Of a stretch of DNA of 64,000 nt, positions 60,848-64,000 are shown piece after piece. Made by a program: the position numbers and the translations under genes. The notes below the pieces were generated by a model. It did no database searches. It was not told where the DNA came from and worked only from the letters and a program-made list of their open reading frames with translations. Source of the stretch: Podarcis melisellensis (lineage: Eukaryota); assembly GCA_964234715.1 (NCBI GenBank), contig OZ174276.1; one strand, written 5' to 3'. Position 1 is the stretch's first letter; each line of letters opens with the position of its first letter.

Positions 60848-62504
60848 CTTTACAGGCAGTAAGCACCCCTAGGCTCTAGTTTCAAATGTGGTGAGGTAGT
60901 CTCCCTCCTACCCCCATATTTCAAGTTGCTGTTCCCACCAGAGAGGGGGCAGGGAGGTCTTCATATGATGTTCATTGCCTAATCCAGTTCACTGAAGCTG
61001 CCCTCTGTGCAAGTGCTGTCACCCGTGAGTGCACAATGCTACCCGAAATGTACACACCTCACCTTAACTGTGGCTTCTGTTTTCTAATCAGATTAAAACT
61101 GGATTGAGGGAAAACACATCAAACAGAAGTATTTCTCAAGAAGTCACAGGATACCTATGGATTATGGCTATTGTCATGTCTACTCAGCTTCAAACACCAG
61201 TGGTGGGAAGGTGCTGGAGGCAAGCAGTAATGTGCACATAGCTTGCAATCTGCGAATCAGTCACATTGAACATGAGGGTACATAGTAGAAATGACTAGGA
61301 TAGCACTGTAATTTCAGAGTAAATCTGCAAAGGTACAGCCCAAAAGGCAGATCATTTCAGCATGGCAAAAGCTGTTAAATGTGAACAGTTTGTAGGTTTG
61401 TGTCTCTGCTAGGAACCTCCATATCAAATATGGTATTTTATGTCAATAAGAAGAACTAAATACTGATAGTAACTCAGTGGCCAGAGTCAGGAAAAACTAG
61501 ATGGTGGTTTAAACTATCTTTGCAAACATATGAGATGGTTAGCTGTTGCTAAAACTGCTAATAAACGGTAAAAAGAAGTCTAAAGGACAGAAAGACCAGC
61601 ACCAACTCGACTGCAATTTCCATAGAAAATTACATTTATTCATTATATTTTCCCTTGGCCCCACCCCCAAAGCAGGACTAAGGACAAATTTATTTATTTT
61701 GTTTATTAATTTATCTGCAATATTAACACAAAGTCTGTAAACTGTCAGGATCTTTGGGTGGCTTACAATGTTCAAATTAAAACAACAACAGTAAAACCAA
61801 CCACAAAATAATAATTTAATTTAAACAATTTAAACAACATTTCAGTTTCAGCTGGTCTCACCCAGTTAGATTTACAGCTATGGGATTAGTTATCCCCTTG
61901 TCTTCCCCCTTGTATAATTTGTGAACCACACAAAGCAGGTGTCAAAGATGAATCAATGCCAAAACCACACCAGCATCAGGGACAAAATGGATCTGCTCAA
62001 CTTCTTCCTGTGAAGGAGATGCTAAGCATACTCTCAGACCTGTCACTCTAAGGTATATTTTAGGCTTTCAGTGTTAGAGGAACAATATTGTCCTAGATAC
62101 TTCGAAGTTTAATAAATAAACTTAATAAATATACAAAAGACACCAACGAATACAAGTAACATTTTAAAACACTAAATAAAAAACACACTAATAACTAAAA
62201 AGTTACCCCAAACTATTAGCTATCCCAGCATAAACTCAACATATTAACAATTTAGAATATTGTATAGTATTAGCAGTCTAATTTATTTCAACTAGTGAAG
62301 GCTGCAGAGAGAAAAAAATTGTCTTTAAGGCCCACTTAAACATGAAGTGGGATAGAGACAGTCTGATATTGCGGGGAATTTAATATGCTGCTCCTTCCAC
62401 CCTGTTTGGAAGGTGGGAACAAGACCCACATGAAAAGCAACAAGTAAGGAAACAAGTTCATTACAAAGCAGGTACCGCTGTAAGAGCTGTTGTAGCCAGG
62501 TTTC

Positions 62505-62510
62505 TTTATT
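62505..62510 (-). terminator. Candidate polyadenylation signal of FBXW10
   Basis: AATAAA on the minus strand about 475 nt after the stop codon. Confidence 0.5.
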
Positions 62511-62984
62511 TTGTGAACATATATTAATTGATGGTGACTCTTGGACACCTGGAGGATGTCCTCAATAAGACTGCAAAGTTTAGAACATTTTCATTAAGAT
62601 TTGGGCTATATGGTGAGCTTTGAGAAGTGTACACACAGTCTTTGAAACAAAGCTTTCAAACAGAATCATTGTAGAGTCATGTTAATAAACCTTTCTCTAG
62701 AGACCAGGAGTATTTGTAAACTGCACTCACTGCAAACTGGAAAGACATTTCTTTGGAGAGTGAAGTAGCTTCCCCATCATATCCACCCCACCCCACCTCC
62801 AGTGCAGCCCAGAGTCCCACCTTCCCATGTGAAAATCTGGATAATTCAATAGAGTTTGTTAGCATTTTCTGAAAGGTAGCTTCAAGCTGAGGGTAAAAAT
62901 TCAGCCCAAAGCTCTCCAGTGCCAGCTGTTTGGTTTGTAGGCAGTTGTTTGGAAGGACTAGCAGGCTGCTTTGAAAAGCGAAGT

Positions 62985-63859
62985 TCAGATGAAAACATTC
63001 TCTCCAAGTTCAGGAGCTGCAACTTTGCCCTCCTTGTTGAAATCGTCGATGGGGAGACCTTTAATTTTCCTTAGCCAGGCATTTTTACACTCTTTTTCTC
63101 TGTTTGCTATAACCTTGGTCTTCTGTGCCTGATACTCGTGCGCCTTAGCTTCTTCATACTCTTTCATCTGTTGGGTTGTCAGAAGCCGGAACCCAGAATT
63201 GAGCCGGTATGGGTTTGGAGTGTGGGTGAAGAAGAGTTTGGGTCGCCGTGGTATCATGTCTCTATCGGGTTGGGCAATCTTCATTCGAGGCACTTTGATG
63301 GATTCGACAGAGCTTGTAAAGTGACCAACGACATGCCCTATGGCAGGTGGAGATGGTATCTTTGCCTGGCGAGAAATCTTTCCCCCTCTGGCCAAGTTGC
63401 TGCATGATTGGGAACGTGTAATAGTGGGGGCTGGGATGAAAGATTTCACCCTGCTTCCAAGCAAGGAGTTCTTCAAGCTTAACTGCAGCGTTTTGGTTTC
63501 ATAAGGTGTGGAAATCCTTTCCATGCCAATCATGCAACGGGCAGCCTTCAGTCGTTTCAGCTGGGTTGATGGATCCATTTTCAGTTGCTCTGGACTTTGG
63601 GCAGCAGGGGTCTTTTGGGGCAATTTTTTCTGGAGAAAGGCAGGCCCCCAGGCATCTTTGATTTTCATATTGTATGCCATGTTGGCACTGACTTGGTCTG
63701 TCTGGTAGGCATGCTGCATTGTGCTAACAGTGAGAAGTATCTGGTCACCAGACAGGGGACCATGGAAACGCCTCTTCTTTATGTGCTTTACGAAAGCATC
63801 AGCATCCTGGCCCGATGCAAAGTTGCTGGCTAAGGGCTTGTTTTCCTCTAACTCATCTC
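62985..63859 (-). CDS. FBXW10: F-box/WD-repeat protein 10, terminal coding exon (rest of the gene lies beyond the window)
   Basis: C-terminus AWLRKIKGLPIDDFNKEGKVAAPELGENVFI* matches the recalled FBXW10 end; acceptor ttttgaaaacag ending at 63860; FBXW10 is the upstream neighbour of TVP23B in mammals. Confidence 0.9.
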
Positions 63860-64000
63860 CTGTTTTCAAAAATAAAAGTGAGATGAGTGAAGATTAGCAC
63901 CTGGGGGAAGGCAGGGCAGAACTTGGAGAACAGGTCTGGGCCCCTACTTGGGAGATCAGAAGACCCCCCAAATGAAGTCTTTTAAAAATCCATGGATTGA

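Overview
Vertebrate genomic DNA, most likely a lacertid-type lizard (inferred from Sauria SINEs and other squamate repeats), with one 130-N assembly gap. Two host genes lie on the minus strand: the last coding exon of FBXW10 (62985-63859) and the complete 7-exon TVP23B CDS (59380 down to 46795, 207 aa) with its CpG-island promoter. Intron 4 of TVP23B holds a very young, full-length Ty3/Gypsy chromovirus of the Tf1/sushi type (49475-54990), antisense to the host, with identical 412-bp LTRs and a 5-bp GTTCA target-site duplication. This element is the most interesting object in the window: (1) it has no tRNA primer site but a Tf1-style self-priming PBS; (2) an H-type pseudoknot follows an atypical -1 gag-pol shift site; (3) its integrase tail has a chromodomain with a degenerate aromatic cage, followed by two tandem F-acidic-FxGF motifs resembling LEDGF/TFIIS-N-domain-binding motifs (IBM/TIM), then a basic tail encoded by the LTR. 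That suggests a possibly undescribed host-mimicry route for targeting integration into transcribed genes. The left ~46 kb has no recognisable coding exon and is rich in SINEs, LINE fragments and MITEs; one hAT MITE has captured 196 bp of neighbouring DNA in inverted orientation. Gene and repeat identifications come from recalled protein and repeat sequences, not from database searches.
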